Source: Waterburya sp. (GTDB lineage: Bacteria; Cyanobacteriota; Cyanobacteriia; Cyanobacteriales; Xenococcaceae). Taken from it: DNA of 64,000 bases. The first letter of the stretch is position 1, and the number at the start of each line of letters is the position of its first letter. Positions 9,681 to 19,094 of this stretch are shown one piece after another. Both the position numbers and the translations under genes were made by a program. The stretch is from contig CBDCJV010000002.1 in NCBI GenBank assembly GCA_965217895.1, positions 1,120,001 to 1,184,000 of the forward strand, read 5' to 3'. The notes under the pieces were generated by a model. It saw only the letters and a program-made list of their open reading frames with translations. It ran no database searches and was not told the origin of the DNA.

Positions 9681-10739
9681 CTATTGATTAGCCATTGGTT
9701 TTTGGCATAATAATAAGCCAAACCATTGTTGCTCATCAGTGTATGTTTGAATCAGATTCAAATTTTGTCCCTTCGCCTCTCCATCAGGCATATTACCTAG
9801 ATACTGTTTCATTTTTTCTAGGTTAAATTTACGGGATATCTCTGTTAATATCTTTTCTCCTTTGTTTAATTTGAGAGTGAGATTAAGATCTTTTAAACTT
9901 ATCAATTGATCTTGTTGAGCGATCAAATACATTTCAATTTGATGTTCATTTGAATTATATATAGCCTGATGTTTAAATAAATCCAGGTTAAAGTTCCCTT
10001 GAAAGCGTTGATTGAGATGTTGCAGCATATTAACATTAAACGCTGCGGTAACGCCTTGAGAATCATTATATGCAGCTTCTAAAATTTCTCTGGGTTTTTG
10101 TAAGTCTATACCTAGTAAAAAATAGTCACCAGGGTTTAAAACTGCGGTAACTTGGTTTATAAAGCGATCGCATATCTTAGCTTCAAAATTGCCAATGCTA
10201 CTGCCCAAAAAGATAATTGTTCGTCTGCCTAATACATAAGAACTTATTTGTTCTAATGCTCGATCGTAAGTAGCAACTTTACCCTGTATTTTTAATTGAG
10301 GATAATTAGCTAATAATTCATAGGCACTATCTTTTAAGATGGTATCACTAACATCAACAGGAGCATAATACAAGCTAGTATTTAAATCTTGATAAGCGTC
10401 TAACAAATAGCGAGTTTTAGTAGAGCTACCACTACCTAACTCAACCAATTCAACAGCCATTGTTTGCTCAACAATTTCAGCAGCATACTGTTTTAAAATA
10501 CTGGCTTCGGTACGGGTAGGATAATATTCTGGTAGCTGGCAAATTTGCTCAAACAATTGAGAGCCTTGGCTATCATAAAAATAACGAGCAGGGATAGATT
10601 TAGGTATATTTCGCAAGCCAGAGATTAAATCTTGGATATCGTTTTTTTCTGCTGTTTTTGCATCTAGTAGATAATCAATTTTTAATCTATCTTCAATAGA
10701 ATTTGACTCATGATTTGTCGAAGGGTAAACAGTTGACAT
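9681..10739 (-). CDS. egtD: L-histidine N-alpha-methyltransferase (ergothioneine biosynthesis)
   Basis: YFYD..GS.LFE.IC.LPEYYPTRTE, ELGSGSSTKT, FLGSSIGNF, AYNDSQGVTAAFN, TEISRKF. Confidence 0.95.
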   Translation of the reverse strand: MSTVYPSTNHESNSIEDRLKIDYLLDAKTAEKNDIQDLISGLRNIPKSIPARYFYDSQGSQLFEQICQLPEYYPTRTEASILKQYAAEIVEQTMAVELVELGSGSSTKTRYLLDAYQDLNTSLYYAPVDVSDTILKDSAYELLANYPQLKIQGKVATYDRALEQISSYVLGRRTIIFLGSSIGNFEAKICDRFINQVTAVLNPGDYFLLGIDLQKPREILEAAYNDSQGVTAAFNVNMLQHLNQRFQGNFNLDLFKHQAIYNSNEHQIEMYLIAQQDQLISLKDLNLTLKLNKGEKILTEISRKFNLEKMKQYLGNMPDGEAKGQNLNLIQTYTDEQQWFGLLLCQKPMANQ

Positions 10740-10892
10740 TAATTTTCTAAAATCTAATAAATTTTGGAATCTGAGCGATAGTTTGACAATACAAATGAAC
10801 TATTGCTCAAATTTATTTATACGCTGTAACTTGAAATAATTACCCTATCTTTAATAAGATAAACTTCTTAGACTATACACAATAAAGAGTAA

Positions 10893-12011
<1,119 letters not shown>

Positions 12012-12060
12012 ATCATGCCTGACCGATTTGGTTTGGGGTGAATCAATCAGCAGTAAAAAA

Positions 12061-12094
12061 AGCTTGATATTTATAGCCTTTAAAATATCAAGCT
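12061..12094. terminator. Inverted repeat / likely terminator after frmA
   Basis: AGCTTGATATTT ... AAATATCAAGCT 12-bp stem, preceded by an A-run. Confidence 0.6.
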
Positions 12095-12144
12095 CAGAAT
12101 AATTAGCATTTTCAGACAATAGTTGTCTAGTTTAAACTAGGTGA

Positions 12145-12273
12145 CTATTGTTTTGTAAATAATGCCAAGGGAGCTTGGCTTTTTGCTTCCATAAACTGAT
12201 AGTATTTGCAGCCGATAGCAGCAAATACTATAAAAATAAAGATAGCCGAAAATACAGTAGCACGCTCAAACAT
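12145..12273 (-). CDS. Candidate 42-aa single-TM small protein (not in ORF track)
   Basis: Hand translation MFERATVFSAIFIFIVFAAIGCKYYQFMEAKSQAPLALFTKQ*; terminator-like hairpin downstream. Confidence 0.5.
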   Translation of the reverse strand: MFERATVFSAIFIFIVFAAIGCKYYQFMEAKSQAPLALFTKQ

Positions 12274-12498
12274 AGTCTCAAACAATTTGTTTAGCAATAT
12301 CAGTCGTTATATTTAACTATCAGCTATTTTATATAATTTGCCATTGGTTTTTTTACATAACTTTTCTAGCTTGGGCTTTAAGTATTTTCGGTATTTATAT
12401 GTATTGATAGTTATTTTCTCGTAATTATATTTATCACGATCATCAATCTAATTATTTTTAAATTAAACGCTTAAAAAACATGATGTCAAAAATAAAAA

Positions 12499-13929
12499 AT
12501 GAAATATAATCTATTAAAACAATTAAAACTATGTACTAAAAATGAATGGATAAAACAGTATGTAATAGATTCAAACGGCAATATTTATATCAATAATAAA
12601 AATAATAATAGTAGAAATTTATATCAGTTAACCAAGACTAAATTAGCGGAAATATCGTCTTTATTAATTGAGCATAAAAAAACAAAAATATTTATTGTTG
12701 AAACTGAACCAATTAAGTTTTTGGCTGCTTTTTTAGCAGGTGTAATTGCCGAGGTTGATATATTTCTCTGCGATCCTGCATGGCAGCAGCAGGAATGGAG
12801 GCAGGTATTAAAGTTAGTCTCCCCTGACTTGGTATATGGCGATCGCCATACACAAGATTTAATTGTCCAAATAACACCTACGATACAAAATTTAGCAGCT
12901 CAAAAATTTGATTTACCTAAGCAGTCTTTAATTATGATACCGACTGGAGGAACATCTGGTAAAGTTCGTTTTGCTATGCACACCTGGTCAACTTTAACAG
13001 CTTCAGTAAATGCTTTTCAAAATTATTTTAACTGTCAAGAAATAAATTCTTTCTGTACTTTGCCTCTATATCATGTCAGTGGTTTGATGCAGTTTATGCG
13101 CTCGTTTATTACTCAAGGAAAGTTATTGATATGTCCTTATCAAGCAGTTAAAACTCAACCAATTACCGTAATTAATCAATCAGAATATTTTATTTCTTTA
13201 GTTCCAACTCAACTACAGTATTTAATTGAATCTATTCCTGATTGGTTGACTCAGTTCAAAACAGTATTACTAGGTGGCGCACCAACCAGGCGATCGCTTT
13301 TAGAAGACGCTATAACCTACGATATTCCAGTCGCGCTTACCTACGGCATGACAGAAACAGCCTCTGGAATTGTAATCCTAAAACCCGAAGACTTTCTAGC
13401 TGAAAATAACAGTAGCGGTCAAGTTTTACCTCACGCTAAAGTTACTATAGAACCTGAAAATAACCAGTCTTTTAATAATATTGGTTTGGTAAAAATAAAC
13501 TGTGCTTCTTTTTGTTTAGGTTACTATCCCCAGGTTTTTACTCAAGAGTTTATTAGCGACGATCTGGGTTATTTTGATAGCAAAAATTATTTATATCTAC
13601 TAGGTAGAAATAGCCAAAAAATTATTACTGGGGGAGAAAATGTTTTTCCCGCCGAAATTGAAGCTGTAATTTTGGCAACAAAACTAGTCAAAGATGTATG
13701 TGTGGTTGGCATACCAGATAGCAAATGGGGAGAGGTGGTGACGGCTATGTATATTCCCGTAAAGCCAAACCACGATCTACAAATAATTAAGCAGCAAGTC
13801 CAGTCACAGTTGGCTAAATATAAACAACCTAAAAACTGGATTGCCGTTGATAGTTTATTCCGTAATGATAGAGGAAAAGTCAATTATGATAGGATTAAGG
13901 CGATCGCTGAATCAATGATCGATGAATAG
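12499..13929 (+). CDS. menE: O-succinylbenzoate--CoA ligase
   Basis: IPTGGTSG..RFA.H, LPLYHVSGLMQ, TYGMTETAS, GRNSQKIITGGENV. Confidence 0.9.
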   Translation: MKYNLLKQLKLCTKNEWIKQYVIDSNGNIYINNKNNNSRNLYQLTKTKLAEISSLLIEHKKTKIFIVETEPIKFLAAFLAGVIAEVDIFLCDPAWQQQEWRQVLKLVSPDLVYGDRHTQDLIVQITPTIQNLAAQKFDLPKQSLIMIPTGGTSGKVRFAMHTWSTLTASVNAFQNYFNCQEINSFCTLPLYHVSGLMQFMRSFITQGKLLICPYQAVKTQPITVINQSEYFISLVPTQLQYLIESIPDWLTQFKTVLLGGAPTRRSLLEDAITYDIPVALTYGMTETASGIVILKPEDFLAENNSSGQVLPHAKVTIEPENNQSFNNIGLVKINCASFCLGYYPQVFTQEFISDDLGYFDSKNYLYLLGRNSQKIITGGENVFPAEIEAVILATKLVKDVCVVGIPDSKWGEVVTAMYIPVKPNHDLQIIKQQVQSQLAKYKQPKNWIAVDSLFRNDRGKVNYDRIKAIAESMIDE

Positions 13930-13930
13930 T

Positions 13931-13957
13931 TAGGGACGAACGGCCCTTCGCCCGTAC
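13931..13957. repeat. REP-like extragenic palindrome
   Basis: TAGGGACGAACGGCCCTTCGCCCGTAC; related copy at 57359-57386. Confidence 0.55.
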
Positions 13958-14019
13958 AATAATCAAGAACCAATTTCACTTAAGCTATAAAGTAGTAACT
14001 AAGCTCTACAGCATTTTTC

Positions 14020-14880
14020 ATGAATATTTGGCAGGCTGATTTTTATCATCTTCCGTCTACAGCAGATCAAGATAGACAATGGGAATTAGTCATTTGCCAG
14101 TCTAATAGCATTGCCTCAGATAATTATGAAGAACAAATAATTTATACAGCACAATGTTCTTCAGCAGATGCCAATGCTGACTGGGTAGAAAAACAAATAT
14201 TGCTAGCAGCAAACGGAAAACTACCTGAGACGATTCAAATCTTTCGTCCCCAATCTCTTGGTCTAATAACTACTGCAAGCTCAAAGTTGGGAATTAAAGT
14301 AGAGGCTACTAGAAACACTAATGTTTTAAAACAAATATTAATCAAAAGACATAAAAATATTCCCAACTATAATCCTTTGGCTTTAGATAAACCACCACCT
14401 CAAGCCTTACCTGAGAGTATCTGGGGAGATGAATGGCAAATAGCCAATATAGCTGCGGGACAGATAGTCGAGCTATTTAGCGATCGCCCTATTCCTATCC
14501 GTAGCGTACCAGAATCATTAACGCCGATCAATTTAGGCATCTCTTCTGACATTCCTATCCCTGGCATAGTTGTCTATGGTGGCAGGAAATCAATGCAGCT
14601 TGCTCGTTGGATAGATCGACAAGTACCCGCTTATGTTGACTACATTCCCACCGAAGTTGGTCAATCTGGAGGCTTTATTTTAGAAACTGGCTTAGCAGAT
14701 CGTTGGATATTTAATACTTTTGAGTCGGCACAGGCTGCTGAGATTGCTAAAGCTTATGAACAAAAAAAGCTAGATAGCAAAGGACTACATTTTTTACTGA
14801 TTCAACCCGATGACTCTGGAATGACAACTACTGCTTTTTGGTTGTTACGTGAATCTAATGGCTACGAAAACCAAAATTAG
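14020..14880 (+). CDS. Tab2/Atab2-family RNA-binding protein (DUF1092)
   Basis: IWQADFY...WELVIC, FRPQ, PPPQALPESIWG..W, ILETGL.DRW, GLHFLLIQPD. Confidence 0.85.
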   Translation: MNIWQADFYHLPSTADQDRQWELVICQSNSIASDNYEEQIIYTAQCSSADANADWVEKQILLAANGKLPETIQIFRPQSLGLITTASSKLGIKVEATRNTNVLKQILIKRHKNIPNYNPLALDKPPPQALPESIWGDEWQIANIAAGQIVELFSDRPIPIRSVPESLTPINLGISSDIPIPGIVVYGGRKSMQLARWIDRQVPAYVDYIPTEVGQSGGFILETGLADRWIFNTFESAQAAEIAKAYEQKKLDSKGLHFLLIQPDDSGMTTTAFWLLRESNGYENQN

Positions 14881-14914
14881 AAGCTGAAGTGCTATATAAC
14901 TTTTGGGATGTCAC

Positions 14915-16102
14915 TTAGCTTTGAGAAAGACGCTTTACTGGTGCGCCTCCAAGTAGTTCGTCTGTTTCCATTAAAAGATCGGGAATTTCTTGAGCAAACG
15001 GGCTTGACGCTAAACAAGATTGGAGATTTAGCTGCTTTACTTTATCTGCTTTTGCCCCAGGAAACCAATGACCCGCATTAGTAAGCAAATTATATCGCGC
15101 CTGACCATATTCAGTCATGTCGTAAGCCAAAGCCAAATTACGCAACCATAAAATTATCGGCAGATTAATATTGCCTGGAGTCTCTTCGTAACTAGGTAAA
15201 CCAATTTGCCAATTATCTAGCCAATCTTTGCCCAATACGGCGATCGCTTCTTGTTCTAGACGCTCTACAATAGGTGGTAATATTTCATCTGCGCGATCGA
15301 GTAAAGGTAAAACTTTTAGGTGTTCATCAAAATCTGCTGGATTTGCTGCACCCAAGCTTAGGGTATGCACTTGAGAATGAGACAGGCAAAACAAGTCATT
15401 AAAGACCATCGGGCTAAGGGGTTGGCACAATTCTACTAGCTTGGACGGTGGATTATAAAGATGTCCTCCTTTATCTGATGGGGAAATAATAAATACCCCC
15501 ATATCTTGCCGTTGTGCCGCTTCTATGGCTGACCAATTCCATTGATTGATGTAATACCAGTGCAGATTTACATAGTCAAATTCACCAGTTTCAATCGCTT
15601 TAGTGATGATTTCTGTAGACCCGTGGGTAGAAAAGCCAATGTGTCTGACTTTACCGACCGCCTTCAGTTTTTTGGCTTCGTCAAGACAGCCTCCAGGATC
15701 TACAGCTTGTTGAAATGTTTCTTCATTATTAATCCCGTGGATGCCCAAAAGATCTACATATTCTAATTGGCAAAAGTTAAGAGATTGCTGAAATTGACGA
15801 CGAAATTCTAAAGGATCGGGACTTGGTGATACTTTGGTTTGAAAAATTAACTTTTCTCTGGGAAATTGAGGTAGTATCCGACCCAACTGCATTTCAGAAC
15901 TACCATAACCCCTAGCCGTTTCAATATGATTAATCCCTAGCTCAAATGAACGCTGAATTGTTGCTTCTAGATTGTGCTGATTAGCTGTGGGTATTTGGGA
16001 TTGGGGCAAATCTTGCCACTTATATTGATATCTCATGCCTCCACAGGAGAAAATGGGCATTTGTAACTCTGTACGACCAAATCGCCGATATTGCATAATC
16101 AA
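14915..16102 (-). CDS. Aldo/keto reductase family protein
   Basis: YRRFGRTEL, GINHIETARGYG.SE, DLLGIHG, HIGFSTHG. Confidence 0.9.
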   Translation of the reverse strand: MIMQYRRFGRTELQMPIFSCGGMRYQYKWQDLPQSQIPTANQHNLEATIQRSFELGINHIETARGYGSSEMQLGRILPQFPREKLIFQTKVSPSPDPLEFRRQFQQSLNFCQLEYVDLLGIHGINNEETFQQAVDPGGCLDEAKKLKAVGKVRHIGFSTHGSTEIITKAIETGEFDYVNLHWYYINQWNWSAIEAAQRQDMGVFIISPSDKGGHLYNPPSKLVELCQPLSPMVFNDLFCLSHSQVHTLSLGAANPADFDEHLKVLPLLDRADEILPPIVERLEQEAIAVLGKDWLDNWQIGLPSYEETPGNINLPIILWLRNLALAYDMTEYGQARYNLLTNAGHWFPGAKADKVKQLNLQSCLASSPFAQEIPDLLMETDELLGGAPVKRLSQS

Positions 16103-16181
16103 ACTATCTTTATTCTTTTAATCTCTATCAGTATTATTTTAGGTATTATTTGCTGATGGCAGGGGCAATCTAGGAAGAAAA

Positions 16182-16868
16182 ATGAAAATATTGTTGGTGG
16201 ATGACGAAACTGAATTAAGCGATCCTTTAAGTAGAATCTTATTACAGGAAGGATATGAGGTAGATATAGCCAATGATGGTGCAGTGGGAATGAAGCTAGC
16301 ATTGCAAAATCAGTATGATTTGCTGATTTTAGATTGGATGCTACCTGATAAATCAGGGTTAGAAATTTGTCGTGAAGTGCGATCGCAATTTTTAGCAACT
16401 CCTGTCCTATTTTTAACGGCTAAAGATACGGTAGACGATCGCGTTGAAGGCTTAGATGCAGGGGCAGATGATTATCTGATGAAGCCTTTTGAGCTTAGGG
16501 AATTATTGGCTAGAGTCCGCGCTTTGCTGCGTCGCTCTAGTTTGGAGCATTCAGGTGATTACCCTAGCGATCGCCTACAAGTAGCAGACATAGAATTAGA
16601 CATCGCCAATCAGGTAGCATATCGCCAAGGCAAGGCGATCGATCTCTCAGAAAAAGAAATTGAACTACTCAAATACTTTATGCTGCACCCCGATCGCTTA
16701 TTAACCCACGCAGAAATCTATAGTTATCTCTGGCAAACAGAAGAAGAACCGAGCAGTAATGTCTTGGCTGCTTTAGTGCGACTGTTACGGCGAAAAATCG
16801 AAATAAAAGGACAGGCACAGTTAATTCATACCGTTTATGGCAAGGGTTATCGTTTTGGTGTTAGCTGA
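16182..16868 (+). CDS. manR: OmpR-family response regulator, ManR-like
   Basis: REC (LVDDE..L..PLS, LDWMLP, KPF) plus wHTH (HTVYGKGY); N-terminus resembles my recollection of cyanobacterial ManR; the symbol is less certain than the family. Confidence 0.75.
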   Translation: MKILLVDDETELSDPLSRILLQEGYEVDIANDGAVGMKLALQNQYDLLILDWMLPDKSGLEICREVRSQFLATPVLFLTAKDTVDDRVEGLDAGADDYLMKPFELRELLARVRALLRRSSLEHSGDYPSDRLQVADIELDIANQVAYRQGKAIDLSEKEIELLKYFMLHPDRLLTHAEIYSYLWQTEEEPSSNVLAALVRLLRRKIEIKGQAQLIHTVYGKGYRFGVS

Positions 16869-16886
16869 AATTTGCAACAAGATCGT

Positions 16887-19094
16887 CTAAGACTGACTAA
16901 TTAGTTGCTCGGCAGATTCACTATCCAATGCTTCAGAGAAGAGATATCCTTGTCCCAACTGACAATTGAAGGTTTGTAAAATTTTTAATTGCCTTAAATT
17001 TTCAACTCCCTCAGCAATTACGTCAATTTTTAAAGTTCTGGCTAAAGAAATAATCATCTTGACAATTTCAAAATTTTCCTTGTCTTTCAACATTCCTTCA
17101 ATAAAAGAGCGATCAATTTTGAGGGTGCTAATGGGAAAACGATTTAGGTACTGCAAGGATGAATAGCCAGTCCCAAAATCATCAATATTAAAATTAATTC
17201 CTCTAGCTTTGATTTGATTAAATAAAGCAATTGTTTCTGGCTGATGATCCATCAGAGTGCTTTCAGTAATTTCTAAATTTAGACAATCACCAGACAACCG
17301 ATTTTTCTTTAAAATTGTCTTTAACTGAGCTAGAAAATTAGGATTTTTGATTTGTTGATTAGTCACATTAACGCTCATTTTTAAATCTGCTGCACCAGGA
17401 TGTTTAAGCTGCCATCTGTGCATTTGACGACAAGCTTCTTCTAAGACCCATTCGCCAATATTAATAATTAGTCCCGTTTCCTCAGCAATATGAATAAATT
17501 TCTCAGGAGACAAGCAACCTTTTGTCGGATGATTCCAGCGCAATAAAGCCTCAAAACCATATAAGACGTTGTTGTCAAAAGAAACAATGGGTTGATAGTG
17601 AAGGGTTAATTCATTTTGCGATAATGCCCGTCGTAAATCATTTTCAATCTCTAATAGTTCTTTAGTCTCGGCATACATTTCTTGGTCAAATACCTCATGT
17701 CTTGCCTTACCTAGAGACTTGGCGCGATACATAGCAATATCTGAATCACGCAAAATTTCTGAACTATCTTGATATTGATTATTGCCCATGACAATGCCAA
17801 TGCTGGCACTAGTAAAGACAGTATGACCTTGAAGGCTAAAAGAGTAGGCTAGCTTAGTTTGAATTCTGCCAGCAATAATATTGCCTTCCTCTATGGTTTC
17901 AACTTGGTCTAGGAGGATAGTAAACTCATCTCCTCCCAAACGAGCAACAAAATCTTGAGAACGAGAACATTCGAGTAAAATTGCGGCGACATTGATTAAT
18001 AGTTCATCGCCAACTAAATGTCCCAAACTATCGTTAACGATTTTAAAGCGGTCTAAATCAATAAACAAAACGGCAAACAGATAATTGGGATCTCTTTTAC
18101 ATTGTTTTAACGCTTCTTCAACTCGTTCAATAAAGGCTGCACGATTAGGCAATTTAGTTAAAGAGTCGTGTTTGGCTTCATAACTTAATTCAGATTCAAC
18201 CTGTTTTCTTTGAGTGATGTCACAGATAATTCCGTCTCGGCGATGAGCCTTGCCAGTTTTATCAAAGATTAAGCGACTGCGTTCCCATACCCAGCGCACT
18301 TCGCCATTGGGTTGAATAATTCTATATTCAAGATCGTTGCTATGATTAAAAGAGCTAGCTAAAGACAACTCAACGCGATCGCGATCTTCAGGATGAATTG
18401 ACTCTAGGCGTAAATCAGGATTATCTAATAATTCTGCCACTGAGCGACCATATACCTGCCGTGCTGCGGGATTGAGAAAAAGCAAATTACTAGTAGTCAC
18501 ATCCGCCGACCAAACTACTTCTTCTAAAGAATTGAGAATACTTTCTAGTCTGGCTTCACTTGCTTGGAAAAGTTGAGTAATTTCCTCGCGCTCTTTAATT
18601 TCATGCTTTAATTCTTGATTGGCTTGTTCTAATTGTGCCGTACGCTCTTGAATCCGCTGCTCTAGTTCGGCGTTGAGCTTTTGTATTTCTCTTTGAGCAA
18701 ACTTAAGTTTTAGCTGGTTATTGATCCGCAATAGTACTTCATTGATTTGAAACGGTTTGTCAATAAAGTCTACTCCACCAGCACTCAAGGCTTTGACTCG
18801 ATCGACAGGATCGTTGCTGGCACTCAAGAAAATGATCGGAATATCTTGAGTAATGCTATTGGCTTTAAGCTGTTCACAAACTTGATAGCCATTTAGTCCC
18901 GGCATAATCAAATCTAGCAAGATTAAATCGGGAATTACTGAATTAGCTACCCTCAATGCCATTTCACCGTTGATTACACCTTTAGCTTCGTAGTTTTCTT
19001 TGGTCAAAGCCTCGGACAGTAGATGAAGATTTTCAGGCTTGTCATCAACGATTAAAATCTTGGCTCTCGTCTGCTTTAAAGTCGAAACGCTCAT
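16887..19094 (-). CDS. REC-PAS-GGDEF-EAL c-di-GMP cyclase/phosphodiesterase
   Basis: REC N-terminus, PAS (IHPEDR), RSQD I-site plus RLGGDEF, FEALLRW, DDFGTGYSSL. Confidence 0.95.
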   Translation of the reverse strand: MSVSTLKQTRAKILIVDDKPENLHLLSEALTKENYEAKGVINGEMALRVANSVIPDLILLDLIMPGLNGYQVCEQLKANSITQDIPIIFLSASNDPVDRVKALSAGGVDFIDKPFQINEVLLRINNQLKLKFAQREIQKLNAELEQRIQERTAQLEQANQELKHEIKEREEITQLFQASEARLESILNSLEEVVWSADVTTSNLLFLNPAARQVYGRSVAELLDNPDLRLESIHPEDRDRVELSLASSFNHSNDLEYRIIQPNGEVRWVWERSRLIFDKTGKAHRRDGIICDITQRKQVESELSYEAKHDSLTKLPNRAAFIERVEEALKQCKRDPNYLFAVLFIDLDRFKIVNDSLGHLVGDELLINVAAILLECSRSQDFVARLGGDEFTILLDQVETIEEGNIIAGRIQTKLAYSFSLQGHTVFTSASIGIVMGNNQYQDSSEILRDSDIAMYRAKSLGKARHEVFDQEMYAETKELLEIENDLRRALSQNELTLHYQPIVSFDNNVLYGFEALLRWNHPTKGCLSPEKFIHIAEETGLIINIGEWVLEEACRQMHRWQLKHPGAADLKMSVNVTNQQIKNPNFLAQLKTILKKNRLSGDCLNLEITESTLMDHQPETIALFNQIKARGINFNIDDFGTGYSSLQYLNRFPISTLKIDRSFIEGMLKDKENFEIVKMIISLARTLKIDVIAEGVENLRQLKILQTFNCQLGQGYLFSEALDSESAEQLISQS

